From contig NC_058383.1 in assembly GCF_018350175.1 (NCBI RefSeq), forward strand, positions 26,786,001 through 26,850,000: a stretch of 64,000 bases of DNA. The letters run 5' to 3'. A model generated the notes under the pieces. That model searched no databases and was not told where the DNA came from. It saw nothing but the letters and a program-made list of their open reading frames with translations. Below, in pieces: positions 25,590 to 38,964 of the stretch. Position numbers and translations under genes: made by a program. This DNA comes from Felis catus. Its lineage: Eukaryota. Within the stretch, counting starts at the first letter, position 1, and the number at the start of each line of letters is the position of its first letter.

Positions 25590-27320
25590 GTTAATTTACA
25601 ATTATGTATATAATTGATAAAATATATAGAGCTGGCTTTGACTAATTTACATAAATGGTAAAACCCACTTATGGGTTTAAAGGTTACCTCAAACCTCACT
25701 TTTTCCCACTCAACACTGTATTTTTGACATCTCCTCATGTTGTATGTAAATCTAATTCAGTACATTCTGACTGTGGCCTGGGGGGTCAACATATGCATAG
25801 ACTATGATTTGCTTATCCATTCCCTTAGTGATGAAAGAACACTTTCAAAATCTTTACTGTCACAAGGAAAACTATGGTGAACAGTCTCATGCATGCATCC
25901 TTGTGGTTTTGTGTAAGAGTTTCTCTGAGGCACATATCGACCCATGGGGATTGTTGGGTAGATGAACAGTTAATTGCCCTGAGTACTGAGAGATTGCTGC
26001 TTGGAATGGCTGCTTAGTTTACACTTCTCCCTAGCCCTTGATGTTCTCTGACTTTGTAATTTTTGCCAATACGATGGATGTAAAGTGGTATCATTGTTGG
26101 TTTAATTTGCTTTTCTCTGATTACTAATGAAGTTGAGTATCTCTTCATATACTTGTTAGCCATTAGTGTTTCCTCTTCTATTAATTTTCTTTTCATAGAC
26201 TTTACCCTTTTTTCTATTGAGTTTCCTGATTTTTTCCTGCTGTGTTGTAGAGGTTTCTGTAGATTTCAACACCAGCCAAGTTTTAGACATTGTACACATC
26301 TCGTGGTCCACAGAAGTGTTCAGTGTGTAGATTACGTCCTTTTCTGGGCAGAAATTGCAATGTTAATGCAGTTGAACACTTCATGTTTTCCCCTTATAGC
26401 TGGCTCTTTTTAGATCTTGCTTTAAAATCTGTACAATTGTAAAGTCACAAAGATATTTCCTCCATTTTCTTCTTTTTTTATATGAAATTTATTGTCAAAT
26501 TGGTTTCCATACCACACCCAGTGCTCATCCCAAAAAATGCCCTCTTCAATACCCATCACTCACCCTCCCCTCACTCCCAACCCCCTTCAACCCTCAGTTT
26601 GTTCTCAGTTTTTAAGAGTCTCTTATGCTCTCCCACTCTAACCTCTGTTTTTTTTCCTTCCCCTCCCCCATGGGTTTCTGTTAAGTTTCTCAGGATCCAC
26701 ATAAGAGTGAAAACTATCTTTGGCATTCAGGTGTGAAGGAAGGAATCCAATTTTATTTTTCCCATACAGGGAATCAATTTCCCCAACAAAATCTACCACA
26801 CGATTCAATCTTTCCCAATTGGGTATAATGCCAAGTCTCCTATACATGTAGGACTGTTTCTGGAATCTCTGTGATGCTTCATTGATTTATTTATCTGTTC
26901 CCAAGACTACACCACACTTAAAAAAGAATTACTGTGACTTAGTAATAGGTTTTAGTATTCAGTAAAATGAATCCTACTACTATTCCTGTTTTTTTTTTCA
27001 AAATTACCTTACATATTCGTGCCTTTTATATTTCTGTATATGTTTTAGAATCAGTTTTTCAAATTCCTCAAGAAACTCTGCTGGACATTTGAATAGAACT
27101 GCATTGAGTCCACGGTTTAATGATGGGGGGAAATTAATATGCGTACAATGTTAAGTTATCCTATTTGTGAACTTAGTGTTTGTCTTAATCTATTCAGGTC
27201 TTTTAAAATGGTCTTTATAAGAGCTTTTCTCCATGAAGCTTCAGTGCATTCATTTTTGTGGGGAGGTGTATTTAAGTCCTACATACATTTTTGTTGTTGT
27301 CGCTATAATGTTTTAATATC
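25590..27320 (-). mobile_element. Old L1M fragments
   Basis: ORF-track peptide MANKYMKRYSTSLVIRE; gtggtatcattgttggtttaatttgc. Confidence 0.7.
26473..26715 (-). mobile_element. Young felid L1 3' end
   Basis: atgaaatttattgtcaaattggtttccatac...cccagtgctcatccc. Confidence 0.88.
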
Positions 27321-28335
27321 CTGTACAATCCCTGGCACGTAGTGAGTGCTCAGTAAATGGTACCTATTACTCTTGTTGTAGCTATTATAAAAGGGAGAAA
27401 ATCAGGAAAGTCTTCACCTGTCTTTAAGAGTCTGTCATGATGTTCTGCAAATAATATGGATGTGGAGCCAGACACACCTGTGTTCTGCTTCAGATTCCGC
27501 CATTAGCTGTGTGACCTTGAACACTTTTTTGAATTTCTGGGCCTCCGCTTTGGCTTTAGGGGGAGTAGTGTTCATCCTACCCGTGTTCTCGGTATGGTAT
27601 GAGCATAAAAGGAGATCATGAACTAGTAACACACACAATGACTGGCATATAGGTGATCAGAAAGGAGTTTCTTTCTCCCCCTAGTGAAGAGGTGAAAAGT
27701 TTGTCATGTAGCTGCCTCATTTCCCCATGAAACCATCTCTTCATTTGAAATCCACTTCCAAACTTTGTCTTTTTTGGCCAGATGGACACAGAGAGTGGGC
27801 ATACATGTTAAGAAAAATTGAAAAGAAAAATCTACCTTCCTAGGATCCCCTTTTAGATGACACTTTAGCCTTTCTTTCTTTAGAATATAAACTTGAGGAA
27901 AGGAAGCACAGTTAACTCCACATAATCCATCTGACTTCAGGTGGTTTTATCCAAGCCAGTTGTGGTTAGTCCATTTCCCTCCTTAGTGATTGGCTCAGGG
28001 ATGGGCTGGCCCATGCCAATCTGGGCCAATGAAACGCTAGGAGGGCCTTGATGAGGGCTTCTGGGAAAAGAAATCCAGTTTTTCTCCTTCACTGTGCTGG
28101 GTTTAAAGAGGCTCACTGCCCTGGTTTCTGGTGGCAGGCACATCAGTGAGATGATGTGGGATGGGGATGAAGGATGGGGATGAAGCCCACACTGTGGGAT
28201 AGGGCAGGGCTGTGGTGTGCAGAGAAATTCTGAGTTCTGATGTCAATGTTGAGCTGCTGCCTTGGCAAAGTTGAAGGTCCCTTCCCCCTCAACTCCCTGT
28301 TCTGTCATAATACTTAATTTAGTCAATTTAAGTAG

Positions 28336-28681
28336 TGTCGAGAACTGAATTGTGTCCCCTCAAAATTCATAGGTTGAAACCCTAACCCCAAAGTAGTTGG
28401 AGATAAGGCCTTTGAAGAGGTAAAATTGAATGAGATCTTTAAGGGTGGAGCCCTAATCCAACAGACTGCTGTCCTTGTAATAAGAGGAAGAGACACCAAG
28501 AGTTTGTGTGCACAGAGAAAAGACCATGTGAGGACACAGAAAGAAGGTGCCATCTGCAAGCCAAGGCTAGAGGTTCCACCAGAAACCAACCATGCCAGCA
28601 CCTGGACTTCCAGCCCGCTGAGCTGTGGGAAAGCCAGCCAGTGTGTAGTGTGTTTTGTTATACAGCCCTACCTAACTAACA
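28336..28681 (+). mobile_element. MaLR solo LTR (MLT1A/B-like)
   Basis: ctgaattgtgtcccctcaaaattcat...gggtggagccctaatcc...aagaggaagagacacc. Confidence 0.8.
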
Positions 28682-28955
28682 AAAATAGGAATAGATTTAT
28701 TTGAAGGCTAAAGGACTATAGTGGATTCAAATCTCAAGTCTTTGGCATGAGTCTGCAAATAATTGATGCTCAAGAAATGTGTGATAATGAACATGAATGT
28801 GAGAATCATTCTGAATTTATAGAGTGCAGAGAATCACATGATTTTGTGTGCTCTCCATTGTTGGAGCTTCTGAATGGCCTTTTGGTACAAGTATAGACTT
28901 ACTATTAGTGGTATCTTTTAGATGAGGAAAGTGGGGATTAACAAAGGTAAATGAC

Positions 28956-29645
28956 GGGTACCTGGGTGGCTCAGTTGGATAAGCATCCAACTCTTTATAT
29001 ATATATATATATATAATATATATATATATATATAAGTATATATATATAATATATATAATATATAACATATAATATATATTATATATATTTATATATATAT
29101 AGAATTTATATATATATTTATATATATATATATAGAATTTATATATATATATATATAAAATTTATTGTCCAATTGGCTTACATACAACATCCAGTGCTCA
29201 TCCCAACAAGTGCCCTCCTCAATGCCCGTCACCCGCTTTCCCCCACCCCCATCAACCCTTACTTTGTTCTCTGTATTTAAGAGTCTCTTATGTTTGCTTC
29301 CCTCGCTCTCTGTTTGTAACTATTTTATTCCCCCTACCCTTCCCTCATGGTCTTCTGTTAAGTTTCTCAAGATCCACATATGAGTGAAAACATATGATAT
29401 CTGTCTTTCTCTGACTGACTTATTTAAGCATCCAGCCCCTGATTAGATGATCTCATGATCTGTGTCATGTCATGATCTCATGATCCGTGAGTTCAAGCCC
29501 CGTGTAAGGTTCTGTGCTGACAGCGCAGAGCCTGCTTGGGATTCTCTCTCTCTCCCTCTCTCTCTCCATCCCTCTCTCATTTGCTCTCTCTCTCTCTCTC
29601 ACTCTCTCTCTCTTAAATTAAGTGAATAAACATAAAAAAAAAAAA
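28956..29645 (+). mobile_element. Can-SINE split by an L1 insertion
   Basis: Head 28956-28994, remainder 29425-29645; outer TSD caa(a/g)ggtaaatga. Confidence 0.85.
28996..29424 (-). mobile_element. Felid L1 3' end whose tail is an (AT)n tract (28996-29157)
   Basis: ccagtgctcatcccaacaagtgccctcctcaatgccc; inner duplication taagcatcca. Confidence 0.85.
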
Positions 29646-31289
29646 CCAAGGGTAAATGATATGCTTGAGTCTGAGTAGATAGATAAGTGGTGTGAATGGG
29701 ATAAGAACCAAGGATTTTTCACTCCTATTTTGGTACATTTTGTAATAAGCTGGATCTCCACTAGGCTATGAGAAACTTGAAGGTGCGAATTACATGTTAC
29801 ACATTTTTTGTAGTCATAACTCTCTAGCAAATGATCTGTTTGTTAATGGGTATTAATATGTATTAGAAGGATAAACATGAATAAATGTTATAATCTTGTA
29901 TCATCAAAGCAGCTCTCACGAAATGGCAGGGGAAATGATACCTCCGTCCAGAGTGTTTTAACAATGTCCAACAATGGCTGTGTCCCATCTCAAAGGCAAT
30001 AGTCATGGGTGTGGTTTATTTGCACATCTCTATGTCCAGTTCCAGGCACAGATGTAACAGGCAATGATGACATTGTAAAGGTCATGCTGCCTACTGAATC
30101 CTTTCAGACATGGAGGAAGGAGTCAAGAAGCAAAGGCAGAAGAGGCAGTTTAGACCTGTCATATTGGGTACCCCTGGGAGCAGTTTGCACTCAACATGTA
30201 AATCACGCTCAGGGTCTGTCTGGTTAATACAAAGCCTTTAGTGCCATTTGCTTCTCCATCGGCATACTGATTATGACACATGGTCATTGGGTTTATCAAT
30301 AACGTGCCCCATAAATCCAGTTAGCATTTTCTTCTGGGTGCCGCACCTTGGGAAGCTGCTTAAGTACCTTGAAGGTCCTTCGCCAGCTCTGGCCTTGAAT
30401 CTCAAGGAGGGTCTGAGGCACTTCAGACTCTTGACGGAGTATAACAGGGCTGTGATTTGAGCCCTTTCTGACTGTCTGGAAGCTCTTCCAATGATCTGAA
30501 ATTTAGATGGGAACCTCTCCTCCCATGAAGTCCTGTCATTCTTAGAAGGAGCCTTGGTGTTACAGGAGTAGTTGTATTTTGTCATTGGCTATTTTGTTTG
30601 CTCTGTGTCACTTCCTTTGGGGAACTACCCTTTCCCTGTGTTGCATGGGCTCTGAACTCTGCCCCCTGGCTACAGGGCTGAGTCAGTGGCCCACGCTTTG
30701 CAGTCTGAGCTCTCTCATGGCAATCTGAATCTTGAGCCAAGACATGGGGTGGGAGGTGATTGAAGCAAAGTCATTTATGTTTGAGACTGTTGATGAGTTT
30801 CTGCTTCTGTCCCTCTGATGAAATTATAAGATCTTTAAAGCATACATCATGAATATGGTAAATACATTGATAATATATATACATTATGAAAGGAGTTACC
30901 CCATCTTAATCCCATTTTTGATTAATATATCCATCCATGTCTATATATTAGCATATAGATATTTAGCTCTCCCATTCATTTCTATGACCTTTCAAGTCCT
31001 TTCAATAACTAATTCATTCTTTCTTGAATGTGTTGGGATAGGTTTCTATTGCTTGCTTTAAAATCCTCCAAGTGTTACCGATGTAGATAGCACATGATAG
31101 TTTGTTCTCTTATTTTTATTTTCCAAATTAAATACTTTTAGAATATCTTTGAATATAGCTTTGTTGAAACTTCTAATAATGATAATGTTGATGAAAAAAT
31201 TTTCCTCTATTATTAACACCTTAATAGCCTAGAGAAATAGCATTAACAGTTTATGTTCCTGAGCATCCACTGTTTGATAAGTTCAGTGT

Positions 31290-31520
31290 TAGGAGGCAAT
31301 ATAGAAACCAAGAGCTTGGCCTTTATCTATGTTCAAATCTGGGCTCTCAGTTACTAGCCATGTGACCTTGGGCAAATTACTTAACCTCTCTGAACCTCAG
31401 TAGTCTCATTCGTAAAATAGAAATAATACTACTTATAGGGATATTATAAAGCTTAAATTAGTTAATACATGTAAAAACATGCCCAGTATATAGTAAATAC
31501 GTGTTAGCCCATTATCGTTG
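31290..31520 (+). mobile_element. MIR
   Basis: tgtgaccttgggcaaattacttaacctctctgaacctcag core. Confidence 0.85.
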
Positions 31521-32880
31521 GGTATTTCAGCTGAAAAAAAGAAATGGCATCTCCTTGAGCTGCTGTAACTTGCCCAAGGCCACACAGGTAGGGCACAGGG
31601 GGAGCTGGGATTAAATAAAATCACACTCCTGAGTGCCTTGTCTAGAGTCTGGCACATAGGGTCTCTCTTCACTGAAGCCGCCATCATTCTTCTAAGTGTC
31701 TCACGAGCCCAGATTTGACAGGGAAATGTATGAAAACTGCCCCAGGAAAAATTAAAAGCAGAAATTAGGCACCCTTTTCTCTCTCTGCTATCACCTTATG
31801 TGCCTTCCTTTCCCTTCTCCCTCCAGAGTGTCTGTCAAGTCCTATTTCAAAGAATCCCTGCTGAGGGTGCTGAGTGATAACTGGTCTATCAGCTGGCATG
31901 TAAGATGAAGCCTTTCCTTTGTCCGTTTACATTTCAGTGGGAAATTCCTGAGACCCTGGTGGCTTCCTCATCCAAAGCATTTAGGGGATATTGGTCTCTC
32001 CCTCTTGAGAGACTCTGGAGGTGTCCCTTTTGGAAGAGTTACTCATCTTTGCTGAGGTCTCATTAATTAACATCTTGCCTCAGGAAGGCCAGTATGCCTG
32101 AGTAATGCTTTCTACCGTGCGTTACAGAAGACGTACATTTGCTATGCTATGCTATGCTAAGGGGAAGCAAGTATGTCAAGGGCAGGTCCTTACGGAATGA
32201 GAACGTTGGAACACACGCACGTGTGTGCATGTGTGTGCACAATTAACAATCTATTTAGTCCCAGGTGGTACTGTTGGTGCCATGTAGTATTTCATTAACA
32301 GCATTATTTAATTGCATTCTCATAGTGGTCTTGAAAGTTTGTTACCATTTTCCAATTTTATGGACTAAGAGATTGAGGCTCTGTAGTGGGCCTCTGCTGT
32401 CTCATTCAACATTTCCCCCTTGTCATTAGCATGCAGCTCAAGTAGATTTGACTTGGGGCTTTTTGTGCCTGAGAACTGGCCAGTCTGAATATCCTATGCT
32501 TCTGCCTCTTTTATTGGTTCAGAGATGGGCATAGGAGGCCAATAAGAACCAGGTATGGAACTTTTGTTGGAGATTTAGGGAATCTGCTGTCTTTTTTTTC
32601 TTGGCTCGGGTGGCTCAGGCTATAGAATGCGAGCCTATAGGAGACGGGGACATCTTAGCCTATCTGAGAATAAAACCTACACCAAGGAAGGAAGTGAAAG
32701 ACGAGAGAATGGTTCCAGGTGTTACCATTTGAGCCCCTGAATCCAGACGTGCCTCATGCTAAAATATCCCCAGACTTTTCAGGTGAATCAACAAAGTGAT
32801 TTCTGCACTTAATCCAGTTTTGATCTGGGCTTTCTGTCACTTGCCGTGAAAAGAATCCTGATAAATATAGGCTCAGAGGG

Positions 32881-33247
32881 TGTTATGGACTGAGTGTTTG
32901 TGTCTCACCCCACAAAGTTCATACATATAATGAAGCCTTAACCCCCACGTGATAGTATTTGGAAGTGGGACCTTTGGCAGGTGATCAGGTTTGGATGAAA
33001 TCTTGCGAATGGTGTGCCCGTGATGGGATTAGTGTCTTTACAAGAGCAGGAAGAAGCCATAGGTCTTTCTACCTCCACCATCTGAGGATAGAGAGACGAC
33101 GGCTCTCTGCAAGCCAGGAGAGAGTTCTCACCAAGGAACCAAATTTTACTGCACCTTGATCTTGGACTTCCTGCCTCCAGGAATAAAAAGGAATTTCTTT
33201 TGTTGAAGCCACACAGGTGGTTAGGGCCACTGGAGCTGGCTAATACA
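32881..33247 (+). mobile_element. MaLR solo LTR (MLT1A-like)
   Basis: tgttatggactgagtgtttgtgtc start; caccttgatcttggacttcctgcctccag; ends ctaataca. Confidence 0.8.
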
Positions 33248-33951
33248 GAACCCAAGACTGCCTGGGTCCAAATCTTGTCTTTTTAACCCCCATGCCAACT
33301 GTCTGTGCCATTATACTTCCTACCCACCAAAGCACACAAATTTAACATATGGAAAAAGAACCTTTACAGAAAGTGGCCTGAGGGTGGGGCTGCCCCCTCA
33401 GTAGGGCTAGAATGAGTCTGGAGACATAAAGCTGAAAGGGTAGTGTGAGGTCATGTCTACTTGGCAGATGGGTCCAAACACTTCCAGCAGGTGCAAGCTA
33501 ATGTTTTCAACCCTGCCATCCTTTTTGTCCCACGGGCTAGAATCCAGCGTAGCTCAGGCTCATCAAGAGAATATAATAACACACTTTTCTGAGAAAAGGA
33601 CAGCTTTATTTCTGTCTAGAAGGCCACATTGAGAACCTCACTGGCAACTCTCCTTGCAGGAAAAGAGAAAAAGAATGGAGTGATGAATTAGTTCCTTACA
33701 ACCCACTGACAGACTGATGGATAAACGCAGTGACAGACCCCAAATTGTATCTTCTGCAAGTCTCCCCCGAAGAAAAAGTCTTTGTCCTTTTAGACACTCC
33801 CTGAAAATGGCATGGAAATATGGCTGAAAGCCCCACTGTCTGGGGCACATACATTATTATTACTATAGCTATTTTATCATAGCCAGGATTCAGGTGTTAA
33901 AACCCAAACATGGAGTGATTTGGTGCCACCAAGGCTCAGATAATATTCTTC

Positions 33952-33954
<3 letters not shown>

Positions 33955-33995
<41 letters not shown>

Positions 33996-34048
33996 TATAT
34001 ATATATATAGTATATATATATATACTATATATATACTATATATATAAT
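33955..34048. repeat. (TA)n microsatellite, interrupted
   Basis: Direct inspection. Confidence 0.95.
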
Positions 34049-34243
34049 ACTGCACAGAAGTCCTATTTTTCTGCCTTCAAAATGTTTTTAACTGAAACCC
34101 CAGTTTAATTCTGGAAATTCCAATTTAATCCTGGATTCCAATTTAATTTGGTGGAGGATCAAGCACATCTCTAGTCTCTGTTATACAGCAAGGAGGGGGA
34201 TGCAGCGTTTTCCGTGATAAAGATAAATCCTAAACCTTAGAGG

Positions 34244-34431
34244 AGGGGGTTCTTGACCAGGGCCACACATGGGGAATCACCAGGGAGCTTGGGGAAAAAA
34301 AAAATACCAACACTTGGGACCCTAACCAGAAGACTTGCATTTGCTTGATCACGGGGTGTGGCCTGACTGATGGGATTGCTTTTAAAGTGTCACAGGTGGT
34401 TCTCTTGTGCAGCCACAGCCCAGAAGCACTG
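34244..34431. mobile_element. MER5A1-like hAT MITE
   Basis: gaatcaccagggagctt...aaaatacc and caggtggttctcttgtgcagcc...gcactg. Confidence 0.65.
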
Positions 34432-35361
34432 CCGTAAGCCGATTTCAAAGTTCCTAATTTTCCCCTTAAACAGCTTAAAGTATAGAAAATAAACGGTGTC
34501 TATGCCACAGGGATACTGGCTCCACCAAGGGTGCACATTGTGACAAAGTGCTGGACCTCTGTGAGGTTCCGAAGTTCTCTCCTTCCTATCATTTGGGTAA
34601 AAGGAGTGACTAACCCACAGGGTTGTGTGGTGAAGGTTGACTGAGGTAAGTACGTAAAATGTGCCTGGCGGAGAGTAACATTTCGTAACCGTTGGCTCTT
34701 ACGTTCACTATTAATGTTAGGACTGGTTTTCGCAATCTTAGCAGGTGATAGAAACTAGTTTTATTTAAAGGCGGGGGGGAAACTAGCTGACTCAGGTAAC
34801 CCCACCTAGGAAAGTACAGGGTGGGTGTGGCCCCGGGACAACTGGGTCCAAGGGGTCAACCCCGTAGATTCTTTTCCTCTTCTCTCTCATTTCTGCTTTT
34901 CTTCTTCTCGGCAGCCTCAGGCCACGGGCCCACTTCTCTGCCAGGAGGAGACGACCACTCAGGCTGACCCGGCACACATTCTGGGACCACAAAGGAAAAA
35001 GGTACCTGTATCACTCATTTCAGGTGGGAAAAATCCTGAGGAAAGACGAAGGTGCACGGGTGTTCTCGTGACGGCTGGATTATCACTGTTACCAGAAGGA
35101 GCGTGGGGTGTGAGGAGCTGAGCAGACAAAAACAGTCGTGTCTACGACGATGAGAAGTCAGTTCTTATAATAATGACTATGTCCATTGAACAAATATTTG
35201 TTAAGTATCTATTATGGGCCAGACGTGGTTCTAGATGCTACTTTGTACGATGAGAAATGGACATCACATTAAAAAAAAAATACTGAGATAGAGTTTATAC
35301 ATGGTAAAGTTCAGTCTTTGTTTTCTTTTGAGATAAAATTCATATACTGTAAAATTCAAAC

Positions 35362-35558
35362 TTTTTTTTTTTTTTTTTTAGAGAGAGAGCATGAGCAGGG
35401 GAGGCGCAGAGGGGGAGAGGGAGAGACAGACAGACAGAGACTCTTAAGCAGGCTTCACCATGCTAAGCTCGATCAGGTCTTGATCTCATGACCTGGGATC
35501 ATGACCTGAGCTGAAATCTAGAGTGAGATACTCAACTGACTAAGCCACCTAAGCGCCT
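35362..35558 (-). mobile_element. Older Can-SINE
   Basis: Diverged head; flank tcaa(a/c)cttttt duplicated. Confidence 0.85.
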
Positions 35559-36657
35559 CTCAACCTTTTTAAGATATGTCATATTTTATGTCTTTTGGTA
35601 GTCTTTTTATGTCTTTTGAAGTCATACCTTATTTTATGTCTTTTGAAGTCAGGAAGTGTTGGTCCTCTGACGTTTTTTTGGGTGAGTTTTGGCAACACAT
35701 CCAGTGGCGATCAAGTAAGATATGGAACATTTCAGACATCCCTCCAGATTGTCTCTTGTGTCTTTGTAGTCAGTCCCTCTCTACCCCCTGCTTCTGGCAA
35801 ACACTGATCTGCCTTCCGTCTGGGTAGTATTTCCTTTTCCAGACTATCACTTAAGTGGAATTATACAGCACATGGCATTCTTTCACTTAGTATTTGAGAT
35901 TCGGAAAGTTGTTGCTTGTATAAATAGGTCTTTCATTTCATTGCTGAGACTTAGTGCATTGTATGGGCATAGCAATTTGTTCACCCATTCATCAGCCTAA
36001 AGATATTTAGGTTGTTTCCAAGTTCGGGTCTCTATGAAAAAGTTGCCAGAATATTCTCAGACAGCATTTTGTGTAAACATGCACTTTTACTTCATTTGGT
36101 AAATGTCTAGGAGCACAGTTGCTGAATCATATGATAAGTGTCTGCTGGACTTTATAAGAAACTTCCAAAATGCTCTCCAAAGTGGCTGTACATATTGCAT
36201 TCCACTTGAAATGTATAAGTGTTCCGGCTGCTTTACATCCTTGCCAACATCTAGTATTGTCAGTTAAAAAGAAGAAAAGCCTTTCTAATGGGTGGGTAAC
36301 GGTGTCTTGTGGTTTTAGTTCGTGGCTAATGGCACTGAGCTGCTTTTTGGGTGCTAATTTGCCATTCCCTTTTTTTTTTTTTTTTTTTTTTTTTGGTGAA
36401 GTACCTGTTCAAATCTTAGGCCCATTTTTACTGAGTTGTTTCTTATTGAGTTATAAGTGTTCTCTATGTATTCTTGGTGTATGTTTAGATATCAGATATG
36501 GATTTTACACGTATTTTCTCCCATTCTATGGCCTGCCTTTTTATTCTCTTAGCAATGTCTGTTGAAGAGAATCTTAAAATATTGGTCAAGTTAGGTCTGT
36601 TAATGTTTGTTACTCATGGATTATGCTTTTGGTATCATACCTAAAATATCTTTGCTT

Positions 36658-36888
36658 GGGGCACCGGAATGGCTCAGCCCTTTAAGTGTCTGACTCTTGA
36701 TTTCAGCCCAGGTCCTGATCTCCCAGTTTGTGAGTTCAAGCCCCATGTCCGGCTCCGCGCTGATGGGTTCCACATTGACAGGTGGTACGGAGCCTGCTTG
36801 AGATTCTGTCTCTCTCCGTCTCTGTCTGCCTCTTTCCTGCACATGCTCTCTTTCTCAAAATTAATTAATTTTAAAAAAAGGTCATTTA
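36658..36888 (+). mobile_element. Older Can-SINE
   Basis: TSD aaaatatctttgctt. Confidence 0.9.
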
Positions 36889-37858
36889 AAAATATCTTTG
36901 CTTAACCCAAGATTACAGAGATTTTTCTGCCATGTTTTCTTCTAGAAGTTTTATAATTTTAGGTTTTATATTTAGGTCTATGATCCCTTTTGAGATAATT
37001 ATTGCACATGATGTAGCATATAGGTCGAGATTCATTATTTTGCATATGGGTGTCCAATAATTATTCTAGTACCATTGAATTGCTTTTGTGCCTTTGTGAA
37101 AAAGGAGTTGACCATATTTGTGTGGGTCTATTTCTGGATTCCCTATCCTGTTCTATTGATCTATGTGTTTATCTCTTCACCAATACCATTCTAGTTTTAA
37201 TTACTGTGGCTTTATAGTAAGTCTTGAAATCAGGTACCTTGAGTCCTCCAACTTTGTTCACCTTTATAAAAATTGCTTTTGCTATGCTAGTTCCTATGCC
37301 TTTCGATAAAAATTTTAGAACTAGGTTGTTGATTTCTGCAAAAAAAAAAAAAAAATCCCATTGGGAGTTTGATTGAAGGTGCATTAAATTTACACTTGAG
37401 AAGAATCAGCAACTTAACAATGTTGAGTCTTTCAGTCCGTGAGCAGAGTAGATATGTTTCTGTTTACTCAGGTTATCTTTGATTTCTGTCCTCAGCATTT
37501 CTAATTTTCAGCATACAGCTCTTGCACTTATTCTGTGTTTTTTTTGCTAGGTGTTTCATGTCTTCTGGTGCTATCTCATAAATGCTCATAAGTTTTGAAA
37601 TTGGGAAGTTCAAGTCTTTGATCTTTGTTCTTTTTTTTCACAAAGTTGTTTCGGCTCTACTGGACTTTTTGCTTTTTCATTTAAATTTTAGTATCAGCTT
37701 TCTGAAAAAAATAAATGTCTCCTGGCATTTGATGGGAATGATGTTGAATCTATAGACCAATTTGGAGAAAATGACCATAATATTGGGTCTTTCAATTCAT
37801 GAACATGGAATTCCTCTCCATTTATTTAGATACTTTTAAATGTTTGTCATCAATGTAT

Positions 37859-38077
37859 GGGGCCCAACTCAGTCAGTTGGGCGTCCGACTTCGGCTCTGG
37901 TCATTATCTCACTGTTTGTGAGTTTGAGTCCCACGTTGGGCTCTGTGCTGACAGCTCAGAGCCTGGAGCCTGCTTAGGATTCTGTGTCTCTCCCTCTCTC
38001 TGCCCCTCCCATGCTCATGCTCTGTTTCTCTCTGTCTCTCAATAATAAATAAATGTTAAAAATTTTTTAAAAATAAA
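37859..38077 (+). mobile_element. Can-SINE
   Basis: TSD taaatgtttgtca(t/g)caatgtat. Confidence 0.92.
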
Positions 38078-38734
38078 TAAATGTTTGTCAGCAATGTATT
38101 ATAGTTCTCAGTGTATAAGTATTATACTTGGTGACATTTATTCCCAAGTATTTATTCTTTCTGATGCTACTGTGAATGGAACTATCTTAATTTCACTTTC
38201 AGATTGTTCATTACTGGCATATAGAATACAATTGATTTTTGTATAGTGAGCTTTGGAGCTTGTGTTGTTGAAAGAATTTGTCCAATTCATCTAAGTGGTT
38301 GAATATTTTGGCGTAAAGTTGTTTATAATATTCCCTTATAATCACCTTACTGTCTATAGTATCTGTAGTGCTGTCACCTCTTTGATTCCTGTTACTGAGA
38401 AGTTATGTCTTTTCTGTCATTTTTTTCCTCAGTAAGTCCGTCTAGGGTTTATTAGATTTATTGATCTTTTTAGAGAACTACATTTGGGTTTTATTGATTT
38501 TTTTTTTTTTCCCTCTTGCTTTTCTGTTTTCAATTTTATTGAACTGCATTTATCTTTAGTATTTCCTTCTGATTGTCTTGGACCTAATTTCTTCTTTTTT
38601 TTTTCTAGTTTCTTAAGGTTTAAGCTTAGACCATGATTTGAGACCTTTCTTATTTTCTAACATAAATATTTAATGATGTAGGTTTCCCTCTAAACACTGT
38701 TTCATCTATGTCCAACAATTTTTGATGAGTCACC

Positions 38735-38961
38735 TTTTATTTTATTTTATTTTTGTATTCTTAAAATATTTTTATTTATTTTTGAGAGAGAGAGAGGAGA
38801 GCAAGCCGGGGAGGGGCAGAGAGAGAGGGAGGGAGACACAGAATCTGAAGCAGGCTCCAGGCTCTGAGCTGTCAGCACAGAGCCCGACACAGGGCTTAAA
38901 CTCATGAACTGCGATATCATGACTTGAGCCGAAGTCAGATGCTTAACCAACTGAGCCACCC
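38735..38961 (-). mobile_element. Can-SINE lacking its first few bases
   Basis: SINE body; head stops at gagccaccc. Confidence 0.9.
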
Positions 38962-38964
38962 AAT

